This document shows, piece by piece, positions 53,034-63,077 of a stretch of DNA of 64,000 nt. How positions within the stretch are numbered: position 1 is the first letter of the stretch; each line of letters begins with the position of its first letter. Origin of the DNA: an uncultured Pelagibacteraceae bacterium (GTDB lineage: Bacteria > Pseudomonadota > Alphaproteobacteria > Pelagibacterales > AG-422-B15); assembly GCA_902578305.1 (NCBI GenBank), contig CACHCK010000001.1:261746-325745 (forward strand). Direction: 5' to 3'. The notes below the pieces were generated by a model. That model worked only from the letters and a program-made list of their open reading frames with translations. It was not told where the DNA came from and did not search any database. Both the position numbers and the translations under genes were made by a program.

Positions 53034-54249
53034 AATGTTTTTTCTTACCAACACTTATTACATTTTCAAATTGAGTAATTTGATTGTAGTCTAACAATTG
53101 AAGCTCATCTTCAACAATATTTCCATTTAATTTTACACCTTTTCCTCGTATCAATTTCCTACTTTCAGATTTTGAGTTAACGTATTTCATTTGAACGATC
53201 AAATCTGATAATAGCATACCATTTAACACATCTTTCTTGCTTAATTTAAGAGTAGGCATATCTTTAGACATGCTTTTGTTTTCAAATATTTGTTTTGCTA
53301 CTTGTTCAGCTTTTCTTGAGGCTTCAATCCCATGAAGCAAAGCGGTCACCTCATTTGCAAGTATTATTTTTAAATCATTTATATTTTTTGATGAGTTTTG
53401 TTCATGACCATCAATTTGTTCTTTGCTTAAATCTGTGAAAAGTTTCATGAAACGAATTACGTCTTTGTCGTCTACGTTTCTCCAGAACTGCCAATAATCA
53501 TAGGCTGATAGAAGGTCATTATTAAGCCATATTGCTCCATCAGCTGTCTTTCCCATTTTATCACCATTAGAATTAGTGAGAAGAGGAGTCGTAAGTCCAA
53601 AAACCTCTTTGCCATTTACTCTTCTTATGAGTTCCACACCATTTACAATATTTCCCCATTGATCAGAACCTCCAATCTGTAAGGTGCAAGAATTTCGATT
53701 ATAAAGTTCATAGAAGTCATAAGCTTGAAAAATCATATAATTAAACTCTACAAAGCTGAGCGACTGTTCTCTTTCAAGACGTATTTTTACACTATCAAAT
53801 GTTAGCATTTTATTTATTGTAAAATGTTTCCCAAAATCTCTTAAAAAATCCACATAACGAAGTTTATCTAACCAATCAGCATTATCCACTATCAACGCTT
53901 TATTCCTTTCATTCTTAAACGACAAATATTTGTCAAAAACAGTTTTAAGATTATTAGCATTATTTTTTATTTCATCTTCAGTAAGCATTTTTCTAGTTTC
54001 ATCTTTTCCTGAAGGATCACCAATGCGGGTAGTCCCTGTGCCAATTAATATTATTGGAGTATGACCGTGTTTTTGAAATAGGCGCATTACCATTATCTGT
54101 ATCAAGCTGCCTATATGCAATGATTTAGCCGTACAATCGAAGCCTATGTAAAATGTAATATTTTCAGATTTTAATTTTTTATTGAGAGACACCTCATCAG
54201 TGCATTGATTTAAGAAGCCGCGGTATTTGAGTTCTTCAATAAGTGTCAT
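53014..54249 (-). CDS. tyrS: Tyrosine-tRNA ligase
   Basis: GFDCTAKSLHIGS, QAYD, GGSDQWGN, KMGKT, S4 domain. Confidence 0.98.
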   Translation of the reverse strand: MTLIEELKYRGFLNQCTDEVSLNKKLKSENITFYIGFDCTAKSLHIGSLIQIMVMRLFQKHGHTPIILIGTGTTRIGDPSGKDETRKMLTEDEIKNNANNLKTVFDKYLSFKNERNKALIVDNADWLDKLRYVDFLRDFGKHFTINKMLTFDSVKIRLEREQSLSFVEFNYMIFQAYDFYELYNRNSCTLQIGGSDQWGNIVNGVELIRRVNGKEVFGLTTPLLTNSNGDKMGKTADGAIWLNNDLLSAYDYWQFWRNVDDKDVIRFMKLFTDLSKEQIDGHEQNSSKNINDLKIILANEVTALLHGIEASRKAEQVAKQIFENKSMSKDMPTLKLSKKDVLNGMLLSDLIVQMKYVNSKSESRKLIRGKGVKLNGNIVEDELQLLDYNQITQFENVISVGKKKHFKVTIG

Positions 54250-54299
54250 TTTCTATATTCAGTAATGTATAAATTATTTAGACTAATAATACAAAATAT

Positions 54300-55382
54300 A
54301 TGAGCAACAATAAACTTCACGCAATTGGCATTATGAGCGGCACTTCGCTAGATGGAATTGATGTTTCATACGTTAGTTCTGATGGAAAAAGCAAATTTAC
54401 TCATAATTGCTCATCTTTATTTAAGTTCAGGGAATCAACTAGAAAGTCTCTTCATACTCTTGTGAACAACTTTACAAAAAATAAAAATAGCATATCAAAT
54501 ATAATCGATTGCGAAAATTTAGTTAGTGAAGATTATGTAAGTACCATAAGAAAATTTATAAAATCTAAAAATATCAAAAAAGTTGATCTTATCGCGTTAC
54601 ATGGTCAAACTATTTTTCACTCATCTAAAAATAAATCATCGATTCAATTGTGCAATAGTTCTTATATTGCAGAGAAAACCAACAGCCTTATCATAACCGA
54701 TTTTAGGCAAAATGATCTTTTAAATGGTGGAGAGGGGGCGCCATTAGTACCAATATTTCACAAGCTATTAATCAATAAACTAAAACTTAAAAAGCCTTGT
54801 TCTTTTATTAATATTGGAGGCATATCTAATATTTCCATATTGGACAACAGAGGCAAGTTAACAGCATATGATATTGGACCAGGAATGTGCCTTTTAGACC
54901 AATTTGTATTTTTAAAAAAGAAACAACCTTTTGATAATAATGGAACATATTCTTCTCGAGGTAAAATTAACAATAATATTTTAAAGCAACTTCAAAATGA
55001 TAAATTTTTTAAAAAGAAATCCCCCAAATCTCTCGACCGAAATTATTTCTCATTAAATAAAGTATTAAAAATTAATTTTTATGATGCATGCGCTACTTTA
55101 TCCGCATTTACCGCTTATGCGATAATTAATGATCTAAAAAAAATAGAAAATCAAAAAATTATTATTTCTGGTGGAGGAACCAAAAATAAATTCATTTTAA
55201 ATTTAATTAAAGAAAATTTAGGAAAAAGAGTAATCTCTATTGATGAAATTTATGGTGACGCAAAATTTATAGAATCCCAGGCATTTGCTTATTTAGGTAT
55301 AAGAAGAATTAAAAATTTACCTATATCATTGCCAGGAACTACAGGTGTTAAAAGTCCGATAACTGGCGGGAAAATTACTTAG
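54300..55382 (+). CDS. anmK: Anhydro-N-acetylmuramic acid kinase
   Basis: GIMSGTSLDGID, HGQT, DFR, GGEGAPL, NIGGISN, DIGPG, ESQAFAYL. Confidence 0.95.
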   Translation: MSNNKLHAIGIMSGTSLDGIDVSYVSSDGKSKFTHNCSSLFKFRESTRKSLHTLVNNFTKNKNSISNIIDCENLVSEDYVSTIRKFIKSKNIKKVDLIALHGQTIFHSSKNKSSIQLCNSSYIAEKTNSLIITDFRQNDLLNGGEGAPLVPIFHKLLINKLKLKKPCSFINIGGISNISILDNRGKLTAYDIGPGMCLLDQFVFLKKKQPFDNNGTYSSRGKINNNILKQLQNDKFFKKKSPKSLDRNYFSLNKVLKINFYDACATLSAFTAYAIINDLKKIENQKIIISGGGTKNKFILNLIKENLGKRVISIDEIYGDAKFIESQAFAYLGIRRIKNLPISLPGTTGVKSPITGGKIT

Positions 55383-56045
55383 TTACCTATACTTTGAATT
55401 AAGCTCTCTTTCAATGTAACTCCTAACTGTCTTTTCTAGCTTATCTGTTTCATTATCGTAAAAATGATTTGCTCCAGTTATTTCTTCATAATCGACTGTT
55501 ATATTTTTTTGAGATTTAAGTTTTTCTGCAAGCCTTGCGGTTTCATCGGGGGGAACTAAGTCATCTTTTTTACCTTGGACGATTAAACCTGAAGCTGGGC
55601 ATGGCGCTAAAAAATTGAAATCATATAAATTTGGTTGAGGTGAAATACTTATAAATCTTGTTATTTCTGGTCGTCTCATTAATAGTTGCATACAGAGCAG
55701 AGCTCCAAAAGAAAAACCCGCAACCCAGCATTGATTTGTATTGGGGTTTTGTCTTTGTATCCAATCTAAGCCCGCGGCTGCATCAGCAAGTTCACCCAAG
55801 CCATTATCAAATTTGCCTTCACTTTTACCAACACCCCTTAAATTAAAGCGAAAAATTGAGAACCCAAGGGAGTCAAATATGGAAAATAACTCCATTACTA
55901 TTGGGTTATTCATAGTTCCGCCATAAAGCGGATGCGGATGTATTATTAGAGCTACTGGAGGGTTTAAAGACTGTCCTTTTTTATATTTTCCAACCAATTT
56001 ACCGTCAGGTCCTGTAAAAACGATTTCTTTTACTTGATTATTCAT
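55383..56045 (-). CDS. Alpha/beta hydrolase (conserved, divergent from cysE)
   Basis: HPHPLYGGTMNN, RFNLRGVG, GFSFG nucleophile elbow, GANHF. Confidence 0.9.
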   Translation of the reverse strand: MNNQVKEIVFTGPDGKLVGKYKKGQSLNPPVALIIHPHPLYGGTMNNPIVMELFSIFDSLGFSIFRFNLRGVGKSEGKFDNGLGELADAAAGLDWIQRQNPNTNQCWVAGFSFGALLCMQLLMRRPEITRFISISPQPNLYDFNFLAPCPASGLIVQGKKDDLVPPDETARLAEKLKSQKNITVDYEEITGANHFYDNETDKLEKTVRSYIERELNSKYR

Positions 56046-56058
56046 TTTTGAGCACTAG

Positions 56059-56083
56059 ATAGTTGACTAATTTAGTAGGTTAT
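56059..56083. promoter_or_regulatory. IscR type-1 operator overlapping the -35 of cysE-iscR-suf
   Basis: ATAGTTGACTAATTTAGTAGGTTAT matches ATASYYGACTRwwwYAGTCRRSTAT at 23/25 and contains TTGACT at 56063-56068. Confidence 0.8.
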
Positions 56084-56146
56084 TATATTTAACCACTGAG
56101 ACGGTATACTAAATTTATTATTTGAAATTCAAGGTTTTTTTTTAAA

Positions 56147-56827
56147 ATGAGTAAAATCATTGATTTAATTGACTCTTATATAGATAGAGATCCAGCAGCT
56201 AAAGGCAGAATTGAGACATTAGTCACTTCACCTGGCTTACATTCTATTGGTATATATAAATTATCAAATTTTTTGTGGTCAATAAGGCTTACAATCTTAG
56301 CGAGGTTTTTGTCTTACATTGGTAGAATATTAACAGGTATTGAAATTCATCCAGCGGCTAAGATTGGAGAACGTTTTTTCATTGATCATGGGATGGGAGT
56401 TGTAATTGGTGAAACAGCTGAAATCGGCAATGATGTAACGATTTATCATGGAGTAACTCTTGGAGGAGTATCTCCTAGTGAGGATAGCGCAAGTCAGAAA
56501 GATAAGAAAAGACATCCGACACTTGAGGATAAAGTAATAATTGGATCTGGAGCACAAATTCTTGGTCCGATTACAATTGGTGCTAATTCAAAAGTTGGCT
56601 CTAATTCAGTAGTTACAAAAGATGTTGAGTCGAACAAAAGTGTAATTGGGAATCCAGCTAGATATACAATTGTACCTAATTCTTCGGGAGTAAAGAAGTT
56701 CAGAGCATATGGTCTCAGTAAGGGAGATGACAGCAGGGCCACAATAGTTGAAAAATTAGAAAAAGATAATTCTGATTTAAGAAATAGAATTGAAAAGCTT
56801 GAAAAATTGATTGAGGAAAATAAATGA
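56147..56827 (+). CDS. cysE: Serine O-acetyltransferase
   Basis: [36 protein letters not shown] hexapeptide repeats. Confidence 0.96.
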   Translation: MSKIIDLIDSYIDRDPAAKGRIETLVTSPGLHSIGIYKLSNFLWSIRLTILARFLSYIGRILTGIEIHPAAKIGERFFIDHGMGVVIGETAEIGNDVTIYHGVTLGGVSPSEDSASQKDKKRHPTLEDKVIIGSGAQILGPITIGANSKVGSNSVVTKDVESNKSVIGNPARYTIVPNSSGVKKFRAYGLSKGDDSRATIVEKLEKDNSDLRNRIEKLEKLIEENK

Positions 56828-57246
56828 AGATAACTTCACGTGGTAGGTACGCCGTGTTGGCAATGGTTGATCTTGCAAAGTTTGGATCGCAAAAACCATG
56901 CAGCTTGTCACATGTTTCAGTTAGGCAAAATATATCTTTGTCTTATTTGGAGCAGATATTTAACGACCTTAAGAAAGCTGAATTAGTAAAAAGTCAAAAA
57001 GGACCAGGTGGAGGATATATTCTAAATAAACAAACAAAAGAAATTAAAATTTTGGATATATTTAATGCAATAGATGAGAAAATAAAAACTACAGGATGTG
57101 GCAATAATCCTAATGCTTTTTGTTCAGGAACTAACAAAAAGTGTTTAACTCATAATTTTTGGGAAAATCTTGAGGGAGTCATCGGTAATTATTTGAGTAC
57201 GGTGCATCTCAGTGATTTAGTAGAAGAACAAACGTTGGTAAAATAA
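56824..57246 (+). CDS. iscR: Rrf2-family regulator IscR
   Basis: [26 protein letters not shown], three Cys plus His (C-x7-C-x6-C-LTH). Confidence 0.9.
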   Translation: MKITSRGRYAVLAMVDLAKFGSQKPCSLSHVSVRQNISLSYLEQIFNDLKKAELVKSQKGPGGGYILNKQTKEIKILDIFNAIDEKIKTTGCGNNPNAFCSGTNKKCLTHNFWENLEGVIGNYLSTVHLSDLVEEQTLVK

Positions 57247-57247
57247 T

Positions 57248-58690
57248 ATGAATAAAGTAAGCAAAGATAATTTTACACAAGAAAAGTACAAGTATGGATT
57301 TGTTACTGAAATTGAAAGTGAAAAAATTCCAAAAGGGTTAAATGAAGATGTTATCAAGTTAATTTCAAAGAAAAAGAATGAACCAGACTGGATGTTGGAT
57401 TGGAGACTGTCAGCATTCAAACGATTAGAAAATATGTCAGTTCCCAAATGGGCTAAAGCAGAGATAGATGAAATTGATTTTCAAGATTTATACTATTACT
57501 CATCACCCAAGGATTTCAAAGAAAAGCCAAAATCCCTAGATGAAGTTGATCCTAAGTTATTGGAAACATATGAGAAACTAGGCATACCTCTAAAAGAACA
57601 GAAAGTTTTAGCTGGTGTTGCAGTTGATGCTGTCTTTGACAGCGTATCAGTTGCTACAACATTTAAAGAGAAGCTCAACGAAATAGGAGTTATTTTTTGC
57701 CCTATTTCAGAGGCTATTCAAAAACATCCTGAGCTTGTAAAAAAATATATTGGATCTGTTATACCTGTTACTGATCATTTCTATGCGACTTTAAATTCAG
57801 CGGTCTTTAGCGATGGTTCGTTTGTATATATTCCAAAAGGTGTAAAATGCCCAATGGAACTATCTACATACTTTAGAATTAATGCATCTGAAACGGGTCA
57901 ATTTGAGAGAACACTTATAATTGCTGATGTGGGAAGTTATGTTAGTTATCTAGAAGGTTGTACAGCTCCTATGAGAGACGAAAATCAATTGCACGCAGCT
58001 AATGTTGAATTGGTTGCACTTGATGATGCTGAAATAAAATACTCTACAGTTCAGAACTGGTATCCTGGAGATGAAAATGGAAAAGGTGGAATATATAATT
58101 TCGTAACGAAGCGGGGCCTATGCAAAGGAAAAAACTCAAAAATTTCTTGGACACAGATTGAAACGGGTTCCGCTATTACATGGAAGTATCCAAGTTGTAT
58201 TTTAAGAGGAGATAATTCGATCGGTGAATTTTATTCTGTGGCGATTACAAATAATTATCAGCAAGCAGATACCGGAACAAAAATGATTCATTTGGGAAAA
58301 AATACAAAGAGTAGAATTATTTCAAAAGGAATTTCTGCGGGAAAATCATCCAATACTTATCGAGGGCTTGTTAGTTTTCATAAAAAAGCAAAAAATGCAA
58401 AAAACTTTACCCAGTGTGATTCATTATTGGTTGGCAGTGAGTGCAAAGCAAATACGATTCCTCTAACCGAAAATAGCTCTAATTCTTCATCTATAGAACA
58501 TGAAGCAACAACATCAAAAATAAGTGATGAACAATTGTTTTACTGCATGCAAAGAGGTTTAGATGCTGAAGAAGCACAAAGTTTAATTGTAAATGGATTT
58601 TGCAAAGAAGTTCTGCAAAAACTTCCAATGGAGTTTGCTGTCGAAGCTCAAAAACTTGTAAGTATAAGTTTGGAAGGAAGTGTTGGATAG
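57248..58690 (+). CDS. sufB: Fe-S assembly protein SufB
   Basis: [40 protein letters not shown]. Confidence 0.98.
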   Translation: MNKVSKDNFTQEKYKYGFVTEIESEKIPKGLNEDVIKLISKKKNEPDWMLDWRLSAFKRLENMSVPKWAKAEIDEIDFQDLYYYSSPKDFKEKPKSLDEVDPKLLETYEKLGIPLKEQKVLAGVAVDAVFDSVSVATTFKEKLNEIGVIFCPISEAIQKHPELVKKYIGSVIPVTDHFYATLNSAVFSDGSFVYIPKGVKCPMELSTYFRINASETGQFERTLIIADVGSYVSYLEGCTAPMRDENQLHAANVELVALDDAEIKYSTVQNWYPGDENGKGGIYNFVTKRGLCKGKNSKISWTQIETGSAITWKYPSCILRGDNSIGEFYSVAITNNYQQADTGTKMIHLGKNTKSRIISKGISAGKSSNTYRGLVSFHKKAKNAKNFTQCDSLLVGSECKANTIPLTENSSNSSSIEHEATTSKISDEQLFYCMQRGLDAEEAQSLIVNGFCKEVLQKLPMEFAVEAQKLVSISLEGSVG

Positions 58691-58691
58691 T

Positions 58692-59420
58692 ATGTTGGAG
58701 ATTAAAAATTTAAATGTTAGTGTTGAAGAAAAGCAAATTTTAAAAAATTTAAATTTAAATATTGGTAAGGGTGAAGTACATGCCATAATGGGTCCTAATG
58801 GTTCAGGTAAAAGTACTATTGCTCACACTCTAGCTGGTAAACCAAACTATAATGTAGATTCAGGGGAAGTTAATCTCAATGGTGAAGATTTACTCTCAAA
58901 AGATCCTTATGAGAGATCATTAAATGGTCTTTTCCTTGCTTTTCAATACCCAATTGAACTTCCTGGAGTCACAAATGCTTCTTATCTAAAGCAGATTGTT
59001 AATGCACATCGAAAGTCAAGAAAAGAAACACCAATTGATGCTGGAGAATTTCTAAAAATTCTAAAAGAAAAATCAAAACTTCTAGATATACCAATGGACA
59101 TGCATAGTCGTTTTGTAAATGCTGGCTTTTCTGGGGGAGAGAAGAAGAAAAATGAGGTCCTTCAAATGGATTTGCTTAATCCAAGTTTAATTATTATGGA
59201 CGAAACAGATTCAGGCCTAGATGTTGATGCATTAAAAACCACTGCAGATGCAATTAATAAATTAAGAAATGATGAAAGATCGTTTATAATTATAACTCAT
59301 TACTTAAGATTATTAGAATATATTGAGCCTGATTACGTCCATGTATTTCAAAATGGCTCAGTAATAGATACTGGTGACAAGACTTTAGCTTCAAGAATAG
59401 ATCAAGAGGGATACAGTTAA
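58692..59420 (+). CDS. sufC: Fe-S assembly ATPase SufC
   Basis: GPNGSGKST, FLAFQYP, GFSGGEKK, DETDSGLD, ITHY. ATG 58692 preferred. Confidence 0.96.
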   Translation: MLEIKNLNVSVEEKQILKNLNLNIGKGEVHAIMGPNGSGKSTIAHTLAGKPNYNVDSGEVNLNGEDLLSKDPYERSLNGLFLAFQYPIELPGVTNASYLKQIVNAHRKSRKETPIDAGEFLKILKEKSKLLDIPMDMHSRFVNAGFSGGEKKKNEVLQMDLLNPSLIIMDETDSGLDVDALKTTADAINKLRNDERSFIIITHYLRLLEYIEPDYVHVFQNGSVIDTGDKTLASRIDQEGYS

Positions 59421-60334
59421 TGAAAACTTTAACACCTTCAATAATAGAATTAACGGATAATTTTTCGATTGAAACCAATTCTAAGGATCTATCTATATCA
59501 CACGAAATAATAAATGATGAACTAAAATTAAAAATCACTTCGAATTATTCACAAATACCTTCACGAATAAAATTAATAAGCAGTAATAGAAGCAACTTTA
59601 AAATTATTGCTGATATATATTTAAACGAGAATGCTACTTTAGAGATTATTGACGAAAATGATTATATAATTGATACATCTTTTATTTTTAAATCATTTTT
59701 AGGTTCCCGCTCAGTACTTGAATTATACAGATTTAATAAGTTTCAATCCGATACTAACAACTCATTTGCTCATACTTGTAATATGTCAAGTGGTTCAATG
59801 TTTAAAGATTTTAATTTTACAAACGGTTCAGATTTTACAAATAACGAGACTAAGATTAATTTAAATGAAGAAAATGCAAAGTATGTTGGCAGTGGTGTTG
59901 TCATGTCCAATTCATCAAAATGTGAAAATAATTTAGAAATAAGACACTTAAGTAAATCTGCGGTATCAGATTGTTCATTTAAAGCCGTAACTCGTGGATC
60001 ATCCAATGTTTCGTTTAAAGGAAAAGTATTTGTTGATGAAAATTGCTCAAATACACAATCTAACCAAATTAGTAAAGGTTTGTTAATTGACGAGGAATCT
60101 AAAATTAATCTTACACCAATACTTGAAATAAATAATGATGATGTAGTTTGCTCTCATGGTGCGGCTTCAGGAAGAGCTGATGAGGAAGTACTGTTTTATT
60201 TAGCTTCCAGAGGAATTTCAAAGAGTGAAGCTGAAAGAATATATATACAGGGCTTTTTATCAGAGTTTATAGAAAAGATTGAAGATGCAGAAATGCAAGC
60301 TAAAGGCCAAAATTTTATCAACGAGAATTGTTAA
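59420..60334 (+). CDS. sufD: Fe-S assembly protein SufD (short)
   Basis: Beta-helix, FKGKVFV, TQSNQ, P.LEINNDDVVCSHGA, LFYLASRGI. Confidence 0.9.
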   Translation: MKTLTPSIIELTDNFSIETNSKDLSISHEIINDELKLKITSNYSQIPSRIKLISSNRSNFKIIADIYLNENATLEIIDENDYIIDTSFIFKSFLGSRSVLELYRFNKFQSDTNNSFAHTCNMSSGSMFKDFNFTNGSDFTNNETKINLNEENAKYVGSGVVMSNSSKCENNLEIRHLSKSAVSDCSFKAVTRGSSNVSFKGKVFVDENCSNTQSNQISKGLLIDEESKINLTPILEINNDDVVCSHGAASGRADEEVLFYLASRGISKSEAERIYIQGFLSEFIEKIEDAEMQAKGQNFINENC

Positions 60335-60335
60335 C

Positions 60336-61568
60336 ATGGATCACTCTAAAACTTTAAATTTAAATGTTAGAAAAGATTTTCCAATTCTTTCAAAAAAGAT
60401 ATTGGAAAAAAAAGATCTTATTTATTTTGACACTGCAGCTTCTGCTCAAAAACCAAATACAGTTATTGATGAAACAAATGATTTCTATAAAAATCACTAT
60501 TCTAATGTTAGCAGGGGAGTTCATACATTATCTGTTGAATCAACATTTAGATATGAGGACGCTAGAAAAAAAGTTCAAAAATTCTTAAATGCAAGGTCTG
60601 AAAATGAAATTATTTTCACAAAAAGTGCCACAGAAGGAATAAATTTAGTTGCTCAAACTTTCTATGATAAGTTTATGCAAAAGGGAGATGAGGTAATTTT
60701 ATCTCTAATCGAGCACCACTCAAATTTAATACCTTGGTTTTTTTTAAGAGACAAGTATGGCGTTGTGCTAAAATTTGCAAATATTCAACCATCAGGAGAA
60801 ATTGATATTGATCATTTTAATAGTCTATTCACAAATAAAACAAAAATTGTATCTTTGACGCATCTTTCGAACGTTTTTGGTACTGAATTAAATGAAAAGG
60901 CTATAAGTATCTGTAAAGATAAAAATGTTCCCATTCTCCTTGATGGTTGTCAATCAGCTGCTCATTTGAAAATTGATGTTCAAAAACTAAGTTGTGATTT
61001 TTTTGTTTTCTCTGGACACAAAACTTATGGCCCTGCTGGTATTGGAGTTTTATATGGAACTGAAAATCTTTTATCAGAAATGCCACCCTATCAAGGTGGA
61101 GGAGGAATGATTGGAGATGTGAGTCTTGAAGGTGCAAGTTACGCAGAATTACCAGCGAAATATGAAGCAGGAACTCCTCCATTAGTCGAAGCGCACGGAT
61201 TGGGTATAGCAATTGATTACATGAATAAAATTGGACTCGATAATATTATCGAGCATGAAAATGAAATTACTAAATATGCGTTTAATAAATTAAACGAAAT
61301 TGATTTTATCGAAATTCATGGTGGAGATAATAAAAGGAACTCTATCATATCCTTTAATATTAAAAATATTCACTCCCACGAAGTATCTTCGTTTTTAGAT
61401 GTTGAAGGAATAGCAATTAGAGCAGGTCATCACTGTTGCCAGCCTTTAATGAAACATCTCGGTGTCAATTCAACGGCCAGATTATCTTTCGGTGTGTATA
61501 ATTCATTAGAAGAAGTTGATAAATTTGTTATTGCGCTACATAAGTGTAAGGAGTTTTTTAATAAATGA
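60336..61568 (+). CDS. sufS: Cysteine desulfurase SufS
   Basis: YFDTAASAQKP, EHHSN, SGHKTYGP, EAGTP, RAGHHC. ATG 60336 preferred. Confidence 0.96.
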   Translation: MDHSKTLNLNVRKDFPILSKKILEKKDLIYFDTAASAQKPNTVIDETNDFYKNHYSNVSRGVHTLSVESTFRYEDARKKVQKFLNARSENEIIFTKSATEGINLVAQTFYDKFMQKGDEVILSLIEHHSNLIPWFFLRDKYGVVLKFANIQPSGEIDIDHFNSLFTNKTKIVSLTHLSNVFGTELNEKAISICKDKNVPILLDGCQSAAHLKIDVQKLSCDFFVFSGHKTYGPAGIGVLYGTENLLSEMPPYQGGGGMIGDVSLEGASYAELPAKYEAGTPPLVEAHGLGIAIDYMNKIGLDNIIEHENEITKYAFNKLNEIDFIEIHGGDNKRNSIISFNIKNIHSHEVSSFLDVEGIAIRAGHHCCQPLMKHLGVNSTARLSFGVYNSLEEVDKFVIALHKCKEFFNK

Positions 61569-61999
61569 ATGATTTAATAAATGATCTTTACCAAGAAATA
61601 ATTTTAGATCACGGACGTGAACCAAGAAATTTTGGCGAATGTGAACCTCATAATAAAAGTGCCGATGGTCATAATCCATTGTGCGGTGACAATTTAAAGC
61701 TTACTTTTCTTCTTAATGATCAAAATATAATAGAAGACATTAAATTCACAGGTGAGGGGTGTGCCATATCACTTGCTTCTGCTTCATTAATGACAGAAAA
61801 ATTAAAAGGTAAAAAAATTGAAGTCGCTGAAGAAATATTTAAGGATTTTACAAATCTTGTTTCAGGTTCAGATGAAGACCTAAAAGTTTTAAATGAGGAA
61901 GATTCACTTTATGCCTTAAAGGGAGTAGGTGGATTTCCAATGAGGGTAAAGTGCGCAACAATGGCATGGCATGCTTTTAACCAGGCTTTAAAAGATTAA
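61565..61999 (+). CDS. sufU: SufU (SUF-type NifU-family zinc sulfurtransferase)
   Basis: [24 protein letters not shown]; lacks the IscU LPPVK motif. Confidence 0.92.
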   Translation: MNDLINDLYQEIILDHGREPRNFGECEPHNKSADGHNPLCGDNLKLTFLLNDQNIIEDIKFTGEGCAISLASASLMTEKLKGKKIEVAEEIFKDFTNLVSGSDEDLKVLNEEDSLYALKGVGGFPMRVKCATMAWHAFNQALKD

Positions 62000-62001
62000 T
62001 T

Positions 62002-62583
62002 ATGAGACTATATCCTGTATATCTTGCACTGCTTGTATTATTTATTGTTTTGCAACTTATTTATGGAAACCGGTCTTTTGCCGATATAAACTTAGAGGAG
62101 TACGATATGTCAAAAGTAGAAGTAATGAATACACCTTTCTGGTGTTCTGCGACGCCTGAAGAAAGACAGGAAGCTATTAATAACCTTACTGAAGAACAGA
62201 GAATTGTTGCTCTAGAGAATGGAACAGAGAGGCCATTTTTTAATGAATATTGGAATAGTAAAGATGTTGGGATTTATGTTGATGTAATTTCAGGAGAACC
62301 CTTATTCTCCTCTTTAGATAAATTTGATTCGGGAACAGGTTGGCCGAGTTTTGATAAGCCAATAAATGGGATAGAAATTGTAGAAGTTGTTGATAAATCC
62401 CATGGAATGGTTCGCACAGAGGTAAGAAGTCAATATGGCGACGCACACCTAGGCCATTTATTTGATGATGGACCCACTGAAACTGGATTAAGATATTGTA
62501 TTAATTCGGCCTCCTTAAGATTTGTTCCTCTAGAAAAGTTAAGTGAAGAAGGCTATGAGGATTTTGTAGAATTATTTAAATAA
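62002..62583 (+). CDS. msrB: Methionine-R-sulfoxide reductase with N-terminal signal peptide and possible internal start at 62107
   Basis: [46 protein letters not shown]; no CxxC zinc motifs. Confidence 0.95.
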   Translation: MRLYPVYLALLVLFIVLQLIYGNRSFADINLEEYDMSKVEVMNTPFWCSATPEERQEAINNLTEEQRIVALENGTERPFFNEYWNSKDVGIYVDVISGEPLFSSLDKFDSGTGWPSFDKPINGIEIVEVVDKSHGMVRTEVRSQYGDAHLGHLFDDGPTETGLRYCINSASLRFVPLEKLSEEGYEDFVELFK

Positions 62584-62892
62584 ATGGAAAAAGTAGAAGA
62601 TCAAAAAGTTATAGATGCATTAAAGACTGTATTTGACCCTGAAATTCCAGTTGATTTGTACGAATTAGGTCTAATTTACAAATGTGAGGTTACTCCTGAT
62701 AATGATGTTATTATTCAAATGACATTAACTACACCAAATTGTCCTGTAGCAGATGAAATGCCAAAAAAAGTAAAAGAAGCTGTCGACGCTGTACCTGGGG
62801 TAAAAAATGTTGCAGTTGATCTTGTATGGGATCCACCATGGGATATGTCTCGCATGTCGGATGTTGCAAGATTAGAACTAGACATGATGTAA
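62584..62892 (+). CDS. SufT/DUF59 Fe-S assembly protein
   Basis: VFDPEIPVDLYELGLIY, MTLTTPNCP, WDPPW. Confidence 0.92.
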   Translation: MEKVEDQKVIDALKTVFDPEIPVDLYELGLIYKCEVTPDNDVIIQMTLTTPNCPVADEMPKKVKEAVDAVPGVKNVAVDLVWDPPWDMSRMSDVARLELDMM

Positions 62893-62959
62893 GATATCCA
62901 CTTGAAATACAAAAATACCTATATATTTTAGATAATAATCATATATAAACTCAATTTAA

Positions 62960-63035
62960 GAGCCCGTAGCTCAGTTGGTAGAGCACTCCCCTTTTAAGGG
63001 AGTTGTCCTCGGTTCGAACCCGAGCGGGCTCGCCA
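62960..63035 (+). tRNA. tRNA-Lys(UUU), CCA encoded
   Basis: GAGCCCG/CGGGCTC acceptor stem, GCTC-AGTTGGTA-GAGC D arm, CTCCC-CTTTTAA-GGGAG anticodon arm, CTCGG-TTCGAAC-CCGAG T arm; 76 nt. Confidence 0.97.
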
Positions 63036-63077
63036 TATAATATTGTTATTTAGTCTAACAAGTGTAAACATTGACCA

